Positions 1 through 9,869 of a stretch of DNA of 64,000 nucleotides are shown here, piece by piece. The notes below the pieces were generated by a model. That model did no database searches and was not told where the DNA came from. It saw only the letters and a program-made list of their open reading frames with translations. A program made the position numbers and the translations under genes. The stretch lies in the NCBI GenBank assembly GCA_964519895.1, contig CAZFLE010000009.1, forward strand, positions 31,610 through 95,609. The letters run 5' to 3'. The DNA is from an uncultured Enterobacterales bacterium (GTDB lineage Bacteria; Myxococcota_A; UBA796; CAJQPC01). Each line of letters begins with the position of its first letter. Position 1 is the stretch's first letter.

Positions 1-2242
1 GCCCGTCGAGTTCACGCTCCAGCCGCTTGCGCTCGGCCGTGCTCCGGTCGATGGCGTCGGCCAGGTCCACCAGCGGGGAGCGCAGCCGCGCGGCCGCGGT
101 GGTCGCCGCCTGGTCCCGCTCCCGCGCCCAGGTCCAGGCGCCGAGCCCCGTCAGGGCTTCGACCCGGCGTACACCGGCCGCGATGCCCTGCTCGTGGGTC
201 AACCGGAACAGCCCGATGTCGCCGGTCCGCTCCACGTGGGTGCCGCCACACAGCTCGCAGCTGTAGTCGCCGATGCGCACGACCCGGACCTCGTCGGCGT
301 ACTTCTCGCCGAAGAGCGCCATGGCGCCGGCGTCCTTGGCGGCGTCCAGGTCCATGAGCTGGGTCTCCAGCGCCGTGTTGCCCAGGATCTCGCCGTAGAC
401 CATGTCCTCGATGGCCTGGAGCTGGTGCGTGGTCACCGACTTGTGGTGGGAGAAGTCGAAGCGCAGCCGGTCCGCGCTGACCATCGAGCCCTTCTGCTGC
501 ACGTGCTCGCCCAGCACGTTGCGCAGCGCCGCGTGCAGCAGGTGGGTCGCGGTGTGGTTCAGCTTGATGGCGCCGCGCCGGGCCTCGTCGACGGTGAGGC
601 TCACGGCCTCGCCGACGCGCAGCGCGCCGCTGAGCAGCGTGCCGTGGTGGAAGAACAGGCCGCCTTGGCCTTGCTGCACGTCGTTGACCTGGAAGCGCCC
701 GCCGGGCCCCTCCAGCATCCCCTGATCGCCGACCTGGCCACCGGATTCGGCGTAGAAGGGGGACTCGGCCACGATGACCGTGCCGGCGTCGCCGGCCGCC
801 AGCGCCGGGGCGCCAGCGCCGTCCCGGATGAGCGCCAGCACCTCGGAGTCACCGCCCAGGTTGCCGTAGCCGGTGAACCGGGTCTCCGGCAGCGCGTCGG
901 CCAGGCCCCCCACCTTGAGCAGGGCGGCCTCGCCGGAGCCCTTCCAGGCCGCACGCCCGCGGGCACGCTGGGCCTCCATCTCGGCGGTGAAGCCCCCTTC
1001 GTCGACACCGATGCCGCGCTCCTGGGCCACCTGGCGGGTCAGGTCGAGGGGGAAGCCATAGGTGTCGTAGAGCTTGAACGCCACGTCACCTGGGATGACC
1101 TTGGACTCTCCCAGGGCGTCCACCGCCTGCTCCAGGAGCTGGAGTCCCCGGTGCAGGGTCTCGGCGAAGCGCCGCTCCTCGCTCTCCACGACCTCGCGGA
1201 TGTAGGCCCGTCGCTCCACGAGCTCCGGGTAGGCGCTGCCCATCGCGTCGACGACGGCGTCGGTGACCTGGAAGAGCCAGCCGCCACTGAGCTCCAGCTT
1301 CACGCCGAAGCGGATGGCCCGGCGCATGATGCGCCGCAGCACGTAGCCTCGGTCCTCGTTGGACGGCATGACCCCATCGCCGATCAGGAACGCGGTCGCC
1401 CGCGCGTGGTCGGCGATGACCCGCAGCGCCGTGTCGGTGTCCTCGTTCTCTCCGTACGTCACGCCGGCGAGCTCAGCGCCGCGCTGGATGAGCGGCGAGA
1501 AGACGTCGGTGTCGTAGTTGGTGTCGACGCCCTGGAGCACCGCCGTGATGCGCTCGAACCCCATGCCGGTGTCGATGGACGGTCGCGGCAGGTCGGTCCG
1601 CGACCCGTCCGCGTGCTGCTCGTACTGCATGAAGACCAGGTTCCAGATCTCCATGTAGCGGTCGTCTTCGGTGGCCGGGCCGCCCAGCTCGTCGCTGATG
1701 GCCGGTCCGCGGTCCCAGTGAATCTCCGAGCACGGCCCACAGGGACCGGTCGGCCCCATCGACCAGAAGTTGTCCTTGGCCCCCATGCGCTGGACCCGTG
1801 CTGCGGGCACACCCACGTCCTCGGTCCAGATGCGGAAGGCCTCGTCGTCCTCCTCGAACACCGTCACCCACAGGCGCTCGGCGTCCAGCCCCAGGTCGAC
1901 CGTCAGCAGCTCCCAAGCGAACGCGATGGCGTCGGGCTTGAAGTAGTCGCCAAAGGAGAAATTCCCGAGCATCTCGAAGAACGTGTGGTGCCGCGGCGTG
2001 CGCCCCACGTTCTCCAGGTCGTTGTGCTTGCCGCTCACCCTCAGGCACTTCTGCACGGTCACGGCCCGCGCGTAGTCCCGGGGCTCGGCCCCGGTGAAGG
2101 TGTCCTTGAACTGCACCATGCCGGCGTTCACGAAGAACAGGGTCGGGTCGTTCTGGGGCACCAGGGGCGAGCTGTCGACCACCGTGTGCCCGCGCTTCTC
2201 GAACGCATCCAGGAACGCCTGACGAATCTCTGCAGAGGTCAT
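1..2242 (-). CDS. alaS: Alanine--tRNA ligase (3' end runs off the left edge)
   Basis: Reverse complement from ATG at 2242 reads MTSAEIRQAFLDAFEKRGHTVVDSSPLVPQNDPTLFFVNAGMVQFKDTFTG, followed by GKHNDLENVG, HHTFFEMLGNFSFGDYFK, CGPCSEI, IDTGMGFER and HSATHLLHAALR. Absent from the ORF track because the stop lies outside the window. Confidence 0.98.
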   Translation of the reverse strand, partial: MTSAEIRQAFLDAFEKRGHTVVDSSPLVPQNDPTLFFVNAGMVQFKDTFTGAEPRDYARAVTVQKCLRVSGKHNDLENVGRTPRHHTFFEMLGNFSFGDYFKPDAIAFAWELLTVDLGLDAERLWVTVFEEDDEAFRIWTEDVGVPAARVQRMGAKDNFWSMGPTGPCGPCSEIHWDRGPAISDELGGPATEDDRYMEIWNLVFMQYEQHADGSRTDLPRPSIDTGMGFERITAVLQGVDTNYDTDVFSPLIQRGAELAGVTYGENEDTDTALRVIADHARATAFLIGDGVMPSNEDRGYVLRRIMRRAIRFGVKLELSGGWLFQVTDAVVDAMGSAYPELVERRAYIREVVESEERRFAETLHRGLQLLEQAVDALGESKVIPGDVAFKLYDTYGFPLDLTRQVAQERGIGVDEGGFTAEMEAQRARGRAAWKGSGEAALLKVGGLADALPETRFTGYGNLGGDSEVLALIRDGAGAPALAAGDAGTVIVAESPFYAESGGQVGDQGMLEGPGGRFQVNDVQQGQGGLFFHHGTLLSGALRVGEAVSLTVDEARRGAIKLNHTATHLLHAALRNVLGEHVQQKGSMVSADRLRFDFSHHKSVTTHQLQAIEDMVYGEILGNTALETQLMDLDAAKDAGAMALFGEKYADEVRVVRIGDYSCELCGGTHVERTGDIGLFRLTHEQGIAAGVRRVEALTGLGAWTWARERDQAATTAAARLRSPLVDLADAIDRSTAERKRLERELDG

Positions 2243-2336
2243 GGGGACTCCAGCCGAAGCGGCCGCGGAAGCTAAGTCCCGACCCGGGTCACGACCACCC
2301 GACCCGTCGCGGTGGACCGTGCGTTGCCCTCGGACT

Positions 2337-2523
2337 TGTAGAGCCCCCACTGAACTTCCGTTCGTCTTGTAGAGCCGCCCTCCGACTTCCGTCTCAGTCC
2401 GCGCGAGGCGCTCTGAAGGGGCCTTGGCGTCGTGCTCCTTCCCGAGATGGGCTTCAGGGTCTCTCCCGCGGAAGTTCGAGGGCAGCTTTACAGGCCCGAC
2501 GGAAGTTCGACGCCGGCTTTACA
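2337..2523. repeat. 187-bp element with two direct 25-bp motifs at each end, the pairs mutually inverted, bounded by TGT...ACA (candidate MITE, recombination site or structured RNA)
   Basis: A1 2337-2361 TGTAGAGCCCCCACTGAACTTCCGT; A2 2368-2392 TGTAGAGCCGCCCTCCGACTTCCGT; B1 2468-2492 (rc TGTAAAGCTGCCCTCGAACTTCCGC); B2 2499-2523 (rc TGTAAAGCCGGCGTCGAACTTCCGT). Both pairs have a 31-bp period. Confidence 0.85.
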
Positions 2524-2593
2524 CCCTGACAAGCCCGGGTGCGGCTCGGAGTGAGTCCGACATGCCAAACCGGAGTGAGCCGACCGCCTCAGT

Positions 2594-3694
2594 TCACTGA
2601 TCCGCCAAAGGCTTGTTCCACTCCTCGGACGCGATGCCGCTCATCCTCAGCGTCAGGTCCTCGGGGTTGCTCGCGTACCCCAGAGCGTCGTCCTTGGTGA
2701 TGTTGCCGTCGTTGTAGTGCCAGTACAGGCACTGGTCGAAGGTCTGGGTGCCGTACTGGGCCGTGCCCTTGCTCAGCAGGTCCGTGATCTCCTTGACGCG
2801 GGACGGATCCGTGATGCACTCGGTGACGGCGCCCTTGTTCACCATCACCTCGACCGCCGCGATGCGGCCGCCGCCCTTGCGGGGCACCAGGCGCTGGCTC
2901 ACGATGCCCACCAGGCTGCCGGCGATCTGGTGCCGGATCATGTTCTGGTGGTGGGGCTCGAAGAAGTCCACGATGCGGCTGATGGCCTGGGACGCGTTGA
3001 GGGTGTGCAGGGTGCCCATGACCAGGTGACCGGTCTCGGCCGCACTGAGCGCGATCTCCATCGTCTCCTTGTCGCGGAGCTCACCGACCAGGATGACGTC
3101 CGGGTCCTGGCGCAGGGCGGCACGGAGGGCGGAGTGGAAGCTCTGGGAGTCCTGGCCCACCTCGCGCTGGTTCACGATCGAGGTGCGGTCCTGGAAGGTG
3201 AACTCGATCGGGTCCTCGATGGTGAGGATGTGGTGGGGCTTGGTGCGGTTGATCTCCTCGATCATCGACGCCAGCGTGGTGCTCTTGCCCGAACCGGTCA
3301 CGCCGGTCACCAACAGCAGGCCCCGAGGCTCCAGGGACATGGTGCGGATGGCGTTCGGCAGGTTGAGCTCGTCGATGGTGAAGACCTTGGTCGGGATGAC
3401 CCGCAGCACCATGCCGATCCGCGCCCGCTGGCGAAACACGTTGACCCGGAAGCGGCCGACGCTCGGCGCGGCCCACGCCATGTCCAGGTCGCTCGACGCC
3501 TTGAAGCGCTCTCTCTGTGAAGCGTTCATGATGGACCACGCCATCTGGCCCGCGAGCTCCTGGGAGACCTTGGGCGCCTTGGGGATCGAGCGGATGTCCC
3601 CGTTGATGCGCACCATCGGGGGCACGCCCACCTTGATGTGGATGTCCGAGGCGCCGTTCTTGACGGCCCACTTGGCGATCGCGGTCAGGTCCAA
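2594..3694 (-). CDS. pilT: PilT/PilU-family type IV pilus retraction ATPase
   Basis: ASDIHIKVGVPPMVRING, Walker A GVTGSGKST, TIEDPIE, AALRQDPDVILVGELRD, His box GHLVMGTLHT and QTFDQ. The AIRNLIRE position reads AVTECITD, so this is probably a PilT paralogue. Confidence 0.92.
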   Translation of the reverse strand: MDLTAIAKWAVKNGASDIHIKVGVPPMVRINGDIRSIPKAPKVSQELAGQMAWSIMNASQRERFKASSDLDMAWAAPSVGRFRVNVFRQRARIGMVLRVIPTKVFTIDELNLPNAIRTMSLEPRGLLLVTGVTGSGKSTTLASMIEEINRTKPHHILTIEDPIEFTFQDRTSIVNQREVGQDSQSFHSALRAALRQDPDVILVGELRDKETMEIALSAAETGHLVMGTLHTLNASQAISRIVDFFEPHHQNMIRHQIAGSLVGIVSQRLVPRKGGGRIAAVEVMVNKGAVTECITDPSRVKEITDLLSKGTAQYGTQTFDQCLYWHYNDGNITKDDALGYASNPEDLTLRMSGIASEEWNKPLADQ

Positions 3695-3748
3695 GGCTCT
3701 CTCCGGGCGGCCCGAGTCTACCGGACGGGGCCGCCGCGGAGCTTCGAG

Positions 3749-4757
<1,009 letters not shown>

Positions 4758-4768
<11 letters not shown>

Positions 4769-6029
4769 GGGAGGCTCCGTGGGGAAGGGTCGGTGAGGGT
4801 TCGAGGACACCTTGGAGGTGCCTGCGGAGGAGATCGAGGCCAGCCGAGGCGGCCCGCTGGGTCACGCGCTGGCGGCCGCCCGGCACGCGGATTCGGCGGT
4901 GCACGGTGCCGGTGGGAGTGGCCAGGGCCAGGTGCACGGTGCCGACGGGCTTGTGGTCGGAGCCACCGTCTGGGCCGGCGATGCCGGTGGTGCCGATGCC
5001 ATAGGTGCTGCCGGCACGGGCCCGGATGCCGTCGGCCAGGGCCCGGGCGACGGGCTCGGAGACCGCACCGTGGGACGCAAGCAGCGCCGGATCGACGCCA
5101 CAGGTCCGCACCTTGGCGGCATTGGCGTAGACACAGGCGCCTTCGAGGAAGTAGCGGGACGAGCCGGGCACGGCGGTGACCAGAGCCGAGATCTGACCCC
5201 CGGTGCAGGACTCGGCGGTCGCCAGGGTCTCGCCCCGTTCGGCCAGGGCCGTGCCCACCACCTGGGCCAGGCTGCCGCCGTCGACGCAGAACACCCCGGC
5301 ACCGAGCCGGTCGCGGACCGTGGCGATCAGGTCGTCGCCCGCCAGCGTCGCAGGGAGTCGCAGCTTGACCTGGATCTCGGGGTCCAGGCTGCGGAAGCCC
5401 AGGGTCACGCCGTCGGGCAGGTCCAAGCCGTTGAGCTTTTCCTGGGCGCGGGACTCGGGCAGGCCCATGCAGCGCAGGGTCACCAGCCGCGGCGGCACGG
5501 TGTCCAGCCGCGAACGGACCCAGGGGTCCAGGTGGTGCTGCCAGAAGGCGCGCATCTCGCGGGGCACGCCAGGCAGGAAGAAGCCGGTCGCGCCGCTGTG
5601 GGTCACCGAGAAGCCCGGGGCGGTGCCCCAGCGGTTCTCGAGCACGTGCGCACCTTGGGGGAGCAGGGCCTGCTTGCGGTTGACCGCGCTCAGGCGGTAG
5701 CCGTGCTCGGTAAAGAGACGCTCCATGGACGCCAGGGCTGCCGGGTCCTGGACCAGCGCCACGCCCAGAGCATCGGCCACGGCCGCAGCGGTCAGGTCGT
5801 CGTCGGTCGGGCCCAGGCCGCCGGTGCTGATGACCAGGTCGGCGTCGGCCAGGGACCGCAGGACGGTGGAGCGGATGTCGGCCCGGCGATCGCCGACCGC
5901 CTCGATGCGGTGCACGTGCACGCCCAGGTCCGTCAGGCGTTCCGCCAGCCAGCCGGAATTGGTGTCCACCGTCCGCCCGGTCAGGACCTCGTCGCCCTGG
6001 GCGAGGAGGATGGCGGTGGCTGGTGGCAT
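4758..6029 (-). CDS. cinA: CinA-family competence/damage-inducible protein (MoCF-like domain + NMN deamidase PncC domain)
   Basis: [52 protein letters not shown] and GIAGPDGG. The real start is ATG 6029; the ORF-track extension to 6881 overlaps an opposite-strand gene. Confidence 0.95.
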
Positions 6030-6062
6030 CTGGGAGACTCGGGGCGCGTCGGGGGAGGGGAT

Positions 6063-6079
6063 GCTGAACACCCGTACAG
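6063..6079 (-). promoter_or_regulatory. Myxococcus-type LexA (SOS) box
   Basis: Minus strand CTGTACGGGTGTTCAGC matches the M. xanthus LexA consensus as I recall it (CTRHAMRYBYGTTCAGS) at 16/17 positions. It lies 34 bp upstream of the cinA start and overlaps the predicted -10. Confidence 0.8.
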
Positions 6080-6104
6080 TAACGGCGGGCGATTGACCTG
6101 ACAA
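6076..6104 (-). promoter_or_regulatory. Sigma70-type promoter of cinA-recA-pilT
   Basis: Minus strand TTGTCA (6104-6099), 17-bp spacer, TACTGT (6081-6076). Confidence 0.65.
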
Positions 6105-6299
6105 GACCCGAGTGGACAGGAACTGTCCGATCGGTCCCGACACGGTCGCCAAGGCGGGGTGTGGTCCAGCACCCGGTCCCCCGTGACCCCGCCGCGCGGT
6201 GTCATAGTCTCTCGGCCCCGAGGCGGGGTCAGGCAAGCTCTGGCCCCGGACTCGTGCTCTCCTGCTCGCACACACCAGGAGCCCCAGATCTTCTCGCCC

Positions 6300-7001
6300 T
6301 TGCTGCTGCTGGCCGCCACGACGGGCTGCATCCATGTGTACCAGCCCATGGCGGGCTTCCACGGCCCCGTGGTCGTGGATCCCCAGGCCCGGAACTTCGG
6401 AGATCTGTCCCTGACCGTGGTCTGCGAGCGCGGAGACCTGCTCACCGCCGCCGAGGCCCGCACCCTGTGCCAGCACGTGGGCACGCTCTTCGAGCAACAG
6501 GGCGCCGTGGTGACCACCACCACTTCGGAGTCCGGTGCCGGAGAGTTCGAGTTCGAGGAGCCCGCTGTCCCCGGCGAAGAAGAAGCGCCACCGCCCGCCA
6601 CCGACCTGACCCTGGAGCTCACCTCCCGGGAGCTGCACAAGGCCAACGACCCGGTCTCCTGGGTGCTCTTCTTCATCAGCGCCACCGTGGTGCCCGCGGT
6701 GACGGAGACCTCGTTCGCCGTCGACGTCACCATCAAGGACGAGAGCGGCTTCGTGCTGGTGGCGGACTCGCTGCAGGGGCGCCTGGTGCGCCGCATGGGC
6801 GTCGGTGCCTGGGGCACGAATTTCCTGCTGGACAGCTTCCTGCGGGAAGACGCGGACCGCATCACCGGAGACGCGGCGCACCAGGATCTGTCCGACGACC
6901 TGTACGGTCAGCTCGGACAGCTGCTGTTCAACGCCAAGATGCAGTGGCAGGTCCTGTCCCAGGCTGCTGCCGCCCCGTCGCTGCCGGGGGCCCCGCCATG
7001 A
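6300..7001 (+). CDS. Lipoprotein of unknown function, gene 1 of the putative motor operon (start uncertain; open frame from 6159)
   Basis: TTG at 6300 gives MLLLAATTGC (lipobox-like), followed by an alpha/beta-looking domain. The stop overlaps the next ATG (ATGA 6998-7001). Confidence 0.7.
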   Translation: MLLLAATTGCIHVYQPMAGFHGPVVVDPQARNFGDLSLTVVCERGDLLTAAEARTLCQHVGTLFEQQGAVVTTTTSESGAGEFEFEEPAVPGEEEAPPPATDLTLELTSRELHKANDPVSWVLFFISATVVPAVTETSFAVDVTIKDESGFVLVADSLQGRLVRRMGVGAWGTNFLLDSFLREDADRITGDAAHQDLSDDLYGQLGQLLFNAKMQWQVLSQAAAAPSLPGAPP

Positions 7002-7639
7002 TCGAGGCGATCATCTTGTGGCTGGGCTTGTTGGTCTTCGTGTCCCCCAAGGACCCGGCGCCGGGGCTGCTCCACTCCAAGAATGAAGCGCGCAACCTGG
7101 AGTGCGAGCGGCTGAGCGTCGAAGAAGCGAGCCGAGCCCACCCCGGCGACGTCGCGCCCCCTGGTCCTCGGGGCGACTACTACGCCCGCAGCGCCCTCGT
7201 CTGCACGGAGCGCCTGGTTCGGCCCGGTCTACGGGACGCCCGGGACGAGGCCATCCTGTCGACCCTGGACGCTCGCTCCAGCGAGCTCGCGGCCGCCGCC
7301 GACGCCCTTCGCCCCGAGCTCCAGGGCGCCACGTGGCTGGTCGAGACCTACTACCCAGACCCCCAGGTCGCCGCGAAGATCGGCTTCGCCACCAAGAACG
7401 CCCTGGTGTTCCAGGGGCTGCGGGTGTCGGACCGGACCCCCCTGCTGGGGGCGGGCGACGTCCAGGTCATCACCCGCATGACACCAAGCGACGCCTATGC
7501 CGCGGCGTGCCGGCGCTATGCGGACAACGGCAGCTTGGGCCCGGACGATGTCTTGCTGGGCGTCGTGAGCCTGGACCCTCGCGAGACGGCCCTGCACGCC
7601 GGACTGTGCCAGCAGGGCACGTGGACGTGGCTCCGATGA
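6998..7639 (+). CDS. Exported or membrane-anchored hypothetical protein, operon gene 2
   Basis: MIEAIILWLGLLVFVSP hydrophobic N-terminus; ATGA overlaps at both ends; 213 aa. Confidence 0.75.
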   Translation: MIEAIILWLGLLVFVSPKDPAPGLLHSKNEARNLECERLSVEEASRAHPGDVAPPGPRGDYYARSALVCTERLVRPGLRDARDEAILSTLDARSSELAAAADALRPELQGATWLVETYYPDPQVAAKIGFATKNALVFQGLRVSDRTPLLGAGDVQVITRMTPSDAYAAACRRYADNGSLGPDDVLLGVVSLDPRETALHAGLCQQGTWTWLR

Positions 7640-8913
7640 ACGCCCTACGCCGCGTGTTCGCGATGGCCCTGGCGGTGGCGTTCGCGTCAGGCCCGGCCTT
7701 GGCGGCCGATCCCCTCGAGGCCGCCCAGCTCGCCGAGCTCGATCGGGTCCGGACCCAGGTCGCTGGTCAGGTCCAGCTGACCGCCTACGACCTGCTCGAC
7801 GAGCTGGTGCTCGGGTGGATCCAGGAGCCGGTCTTCACGACCCCGACCCCGGTGGTGCTGGCCGGCCTGACGGTCCCGGTCGGGCTGGGCACCGGGCTCC
7901 AGGCCTTGCTCGAGAACCACCTGGGCGGCCTGCTGACCCAGAACCCTGGCTGCAATGTGCAGCTCTCCCACTGCCCGAGCTGCACCGCCGTGGTCGTGCA
8001 CTCCGGCCCGGAAGGCACCGTGGTGTCCCGGGGCATCGACAGCCCCGCCCTGCTCCAGGAGCTCGGCAGCGGCGGTCGCAAGTACGCGCTCTTCGTGGAC
8101 GTCGAGGCCGAGGGCACGTGGTTGGTCCTGCGTGCCCGCATGACCGAGCTGAACCCGGACCTGCCCATCGTCTGGAGTCGGACCCTGTCCCACGCGTCCA
8201 GCGTGCCGGCGATGCTGCGCCAGCCCGACGACCTGAAGACCGTCGCCGAAGCCCGCCAGGACTACCTGGCCGCGCTGGAGTCTCGGGGTCCCCTCGCGGT
8301 GCCCGTGAGGATCGGGGTGCGGGCCTTTGCGGCACCGGACGGCAACACCCTCTTCGAGACCGACACCTTCGACACCTACGACACCACCGACACCGACACC
8401 GACACCGGCTTGGACACCGGCGGCATCGGCATCGCGCCGCCGCCCTTCTACTGGGTCCAGAGCGGCATCGAGCTGGGCATGAGCGACGCCCGGGCCTGGA
8501 TCTCCAGCTTCGTGCTCGGCTACAGCGTCATCCCCCAGGCCTACCAGGGGCTCATGGGCGAGGTCCGGTTCGCCCGGCTGCTGACGGGCAACTACCGCTC
8601 CCTCACCCGGCCGGACCTGTACGCCTTCGGGGGCGCCGCGGTCATGACGGTCTGGGGCCCGGCCACCGGCAGCTTCACCAACAACGCCCTGAACACCGAC
8701 GACATCCTGAATCAGCTCGAGGGCGACGACCCCCGGGCCGTCTTCGGTACCTTCCAAGCGGGTCTGGACCTGCGGGTCGGCAATCGGATGGGCATGTCGG
8801 CCTTCTTCGAGTTCCTGCCGTCGTTCCGAGACTCCGACAACTTCGGCGCCTACCTGAGCGTCTTCGGCCTGGGCATCCAGAGCTTCGGCACCGAGGTGAC
8901 GTTCTGGCTCTGA
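7636..8913 (+). CDS. Secreted protein with CxxC-containing alpha/beta domain and C-terminal beta-barrel-like region, operon gene 3
   Basis: Signal peptide MNALRRVFAMALAVAFASGPALA, HCPSC, a D/T-rich linker (FETDTFDTYDTTDTDTDTG) and amphipathic strands ending GTEVTFWL. Confidence 0.75.
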   Translation: MNALRRVFAMALAVAFASGPALAADPLEAAQLAELDRVRTQVAGQVQLTAYDLLDELVLGWIQEPVFTTPTPVVLAGLTVPVGLGTGLQALLENHLGGLLTQNPGCNVQLSHCPSCTAVVVHSGPEGTVVSRGIDSPALLQELGSGGRKYALFVDVEAEGTWLVLRARMTELNPDLPIVWSRTLSHASSVPAMLRQPDDLKTVAEARQDYLAALESRGPLAVPVRIGVRAFAAPDGNTLFETDTFDTYDTTDTDTDTGLDTGGIGIAPPPFYWVQSGIELGMSDARAWISSFVLGYSVIPQAYQGLMGEVRFARLLTGNYRSLTRPDLYAFGGAAVMTVWGPATGSFTNNALNTDDILNQLEGDDPRAVFGTFQAGLDLRVGNRMGMSAFFEFLPSFRDSDNFGAYLSVFGLGIQSFGTEVTFWL

Positions 8914-9869
8914 GGCTGTTCCTGGCGTGGCTCGGGGCCCTGGTCCTGGCGTCGGGGTCCGCGTGGGCCGGCACGGCCGAGAGTCGGGAGTCCCTGGATC
9001 GCCTCGAGGAGCTGCTGCAGCTCCGGATCGAGGACGGTCGCCTGGATCTGGACGACGTGACCCCAGCCGTCCTGGTCAGCGCCACGCCGCGCTACGTCAC
9101 GTCTCAGGACTGGTTCGGGGTGCAGGCCATCGATGTGCTGCAGTCCGTTTTGGGCCAGGGCCTGCGCCTGTGCGAGGCCTGCATGGTGCCCCGGGCCTTC
9201 GTCCAGCAGGGCCTGCTGACCTACCAGACGGGCGCGGTGTCGCTGGCCGACGTGGTGCGGCTGGACGAGGCCAGCCGTGGCGGCGCCACGCCAGCCCGCT
9301 CGGCCATCTGGATCGAGGAGACGTCGGTCGGTGTGGCCGTGCGCATCTTGGCGCTGGGCACCGGGCGCGTCTTGTTCGCCCAGAACATCGACCCCATGCT
9401 GGTCGAGGACGAGCAGACCCAGCGCAATTTCACCCTGAGCGAGGAGCTCGAGCGGCGGTCTCGCGGGCGGAGCATCACCCAGTCCTTCCTGGACGTCGCC
9501 GTCTACCCGGGCCAGCACATCTCGGTGGACATGACCGAGCAGTGGGGGGCGACCAACAAGAACCTGACCGGGGTGACCCTGTCCCTGGTCGACCCGGTCT
9601 TCGGCCTGGGCGCCGCGCACTATCGGGTCGTAGACCTGGTGAACGTCATCGTCGGGGCCAAGCTGGTGCTCAGCGTGCCCACGGCGCTGGTGCGGGCCTT
9701 CGACGACGACGCGGGCGACGTGCTCGATCCGATGGTCACAGCGGTGGGGGTGGTGCGCGTACCCTTTGGTCGCAGCAACTACGGCGTGGTCGCCACGGTC
9801 TCGACCAACGGCACGATCGGACTCGGACTCTCGCTGATGAACATCCGCTTCCTTCCGGTGATCCCATGA
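8910..9869 (+). CDS. Secreted protein resembling gene 3 (CxxC + CsgG/FlgO-like strand motif + beta-strand-rich C-terminus), operon gene 4; probable CTG start
   Basis: (M)RLFLAWLGALVLASGSAWA signal peptide, LCEAC, VAVRILALGTGRVLFAQ. The frame has no ATG/GTG/TTG between the end of gene 3 and the signal peptide. Confidence 0.7.
   Translation: MRLFLAWLGALVLASGSAWAGTAESRESLDRLEELLQLRIEDGRLDLDDVTPAVLVSATPRYVTSQDWFGVQAIDVLQSVLGQGLRLCEACMVPRAFVQQGLLTYQTGAVSLADVVRLDEASRGGATPARSAIWIEETSVGVAVRILALGTGRVLFAQNIDPMLVEDEQTQRNFTLSEELERRSRGRSITQSFLDVAVYPGQHISVDMTEQWGATNKNLTGVTLSLVDPVFGLGAAHYRVVDLVNVIVGAKLVLSVPTALVRAFDDDAGDVLDPMVTAVGVVRVPFGRSNYGVVATVSTNGTIGLGLSLMNIRFLPVIP

Noticed and set aside
194-2275. 693-aa plus-strand ORF
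   Set aside because: Antisense shadow of alaS. High-GC codon bias keeps the opposite frame open, and it has no recognisable motifs.
2335-2525. CRISPR-like reading of the 31-bp-period repeats
   Set aside because: Only two units per orientation, 6-bp gaps instead of spacers, inverted arrangement and no cas genes.
6030-6881. 284-aa N-terminal extension of CinA in the ORF track
   Set aside because: It runs through the promoter/LexA box and antisense to the lipoprotein gene. CinA homology begins at ATG 6029.
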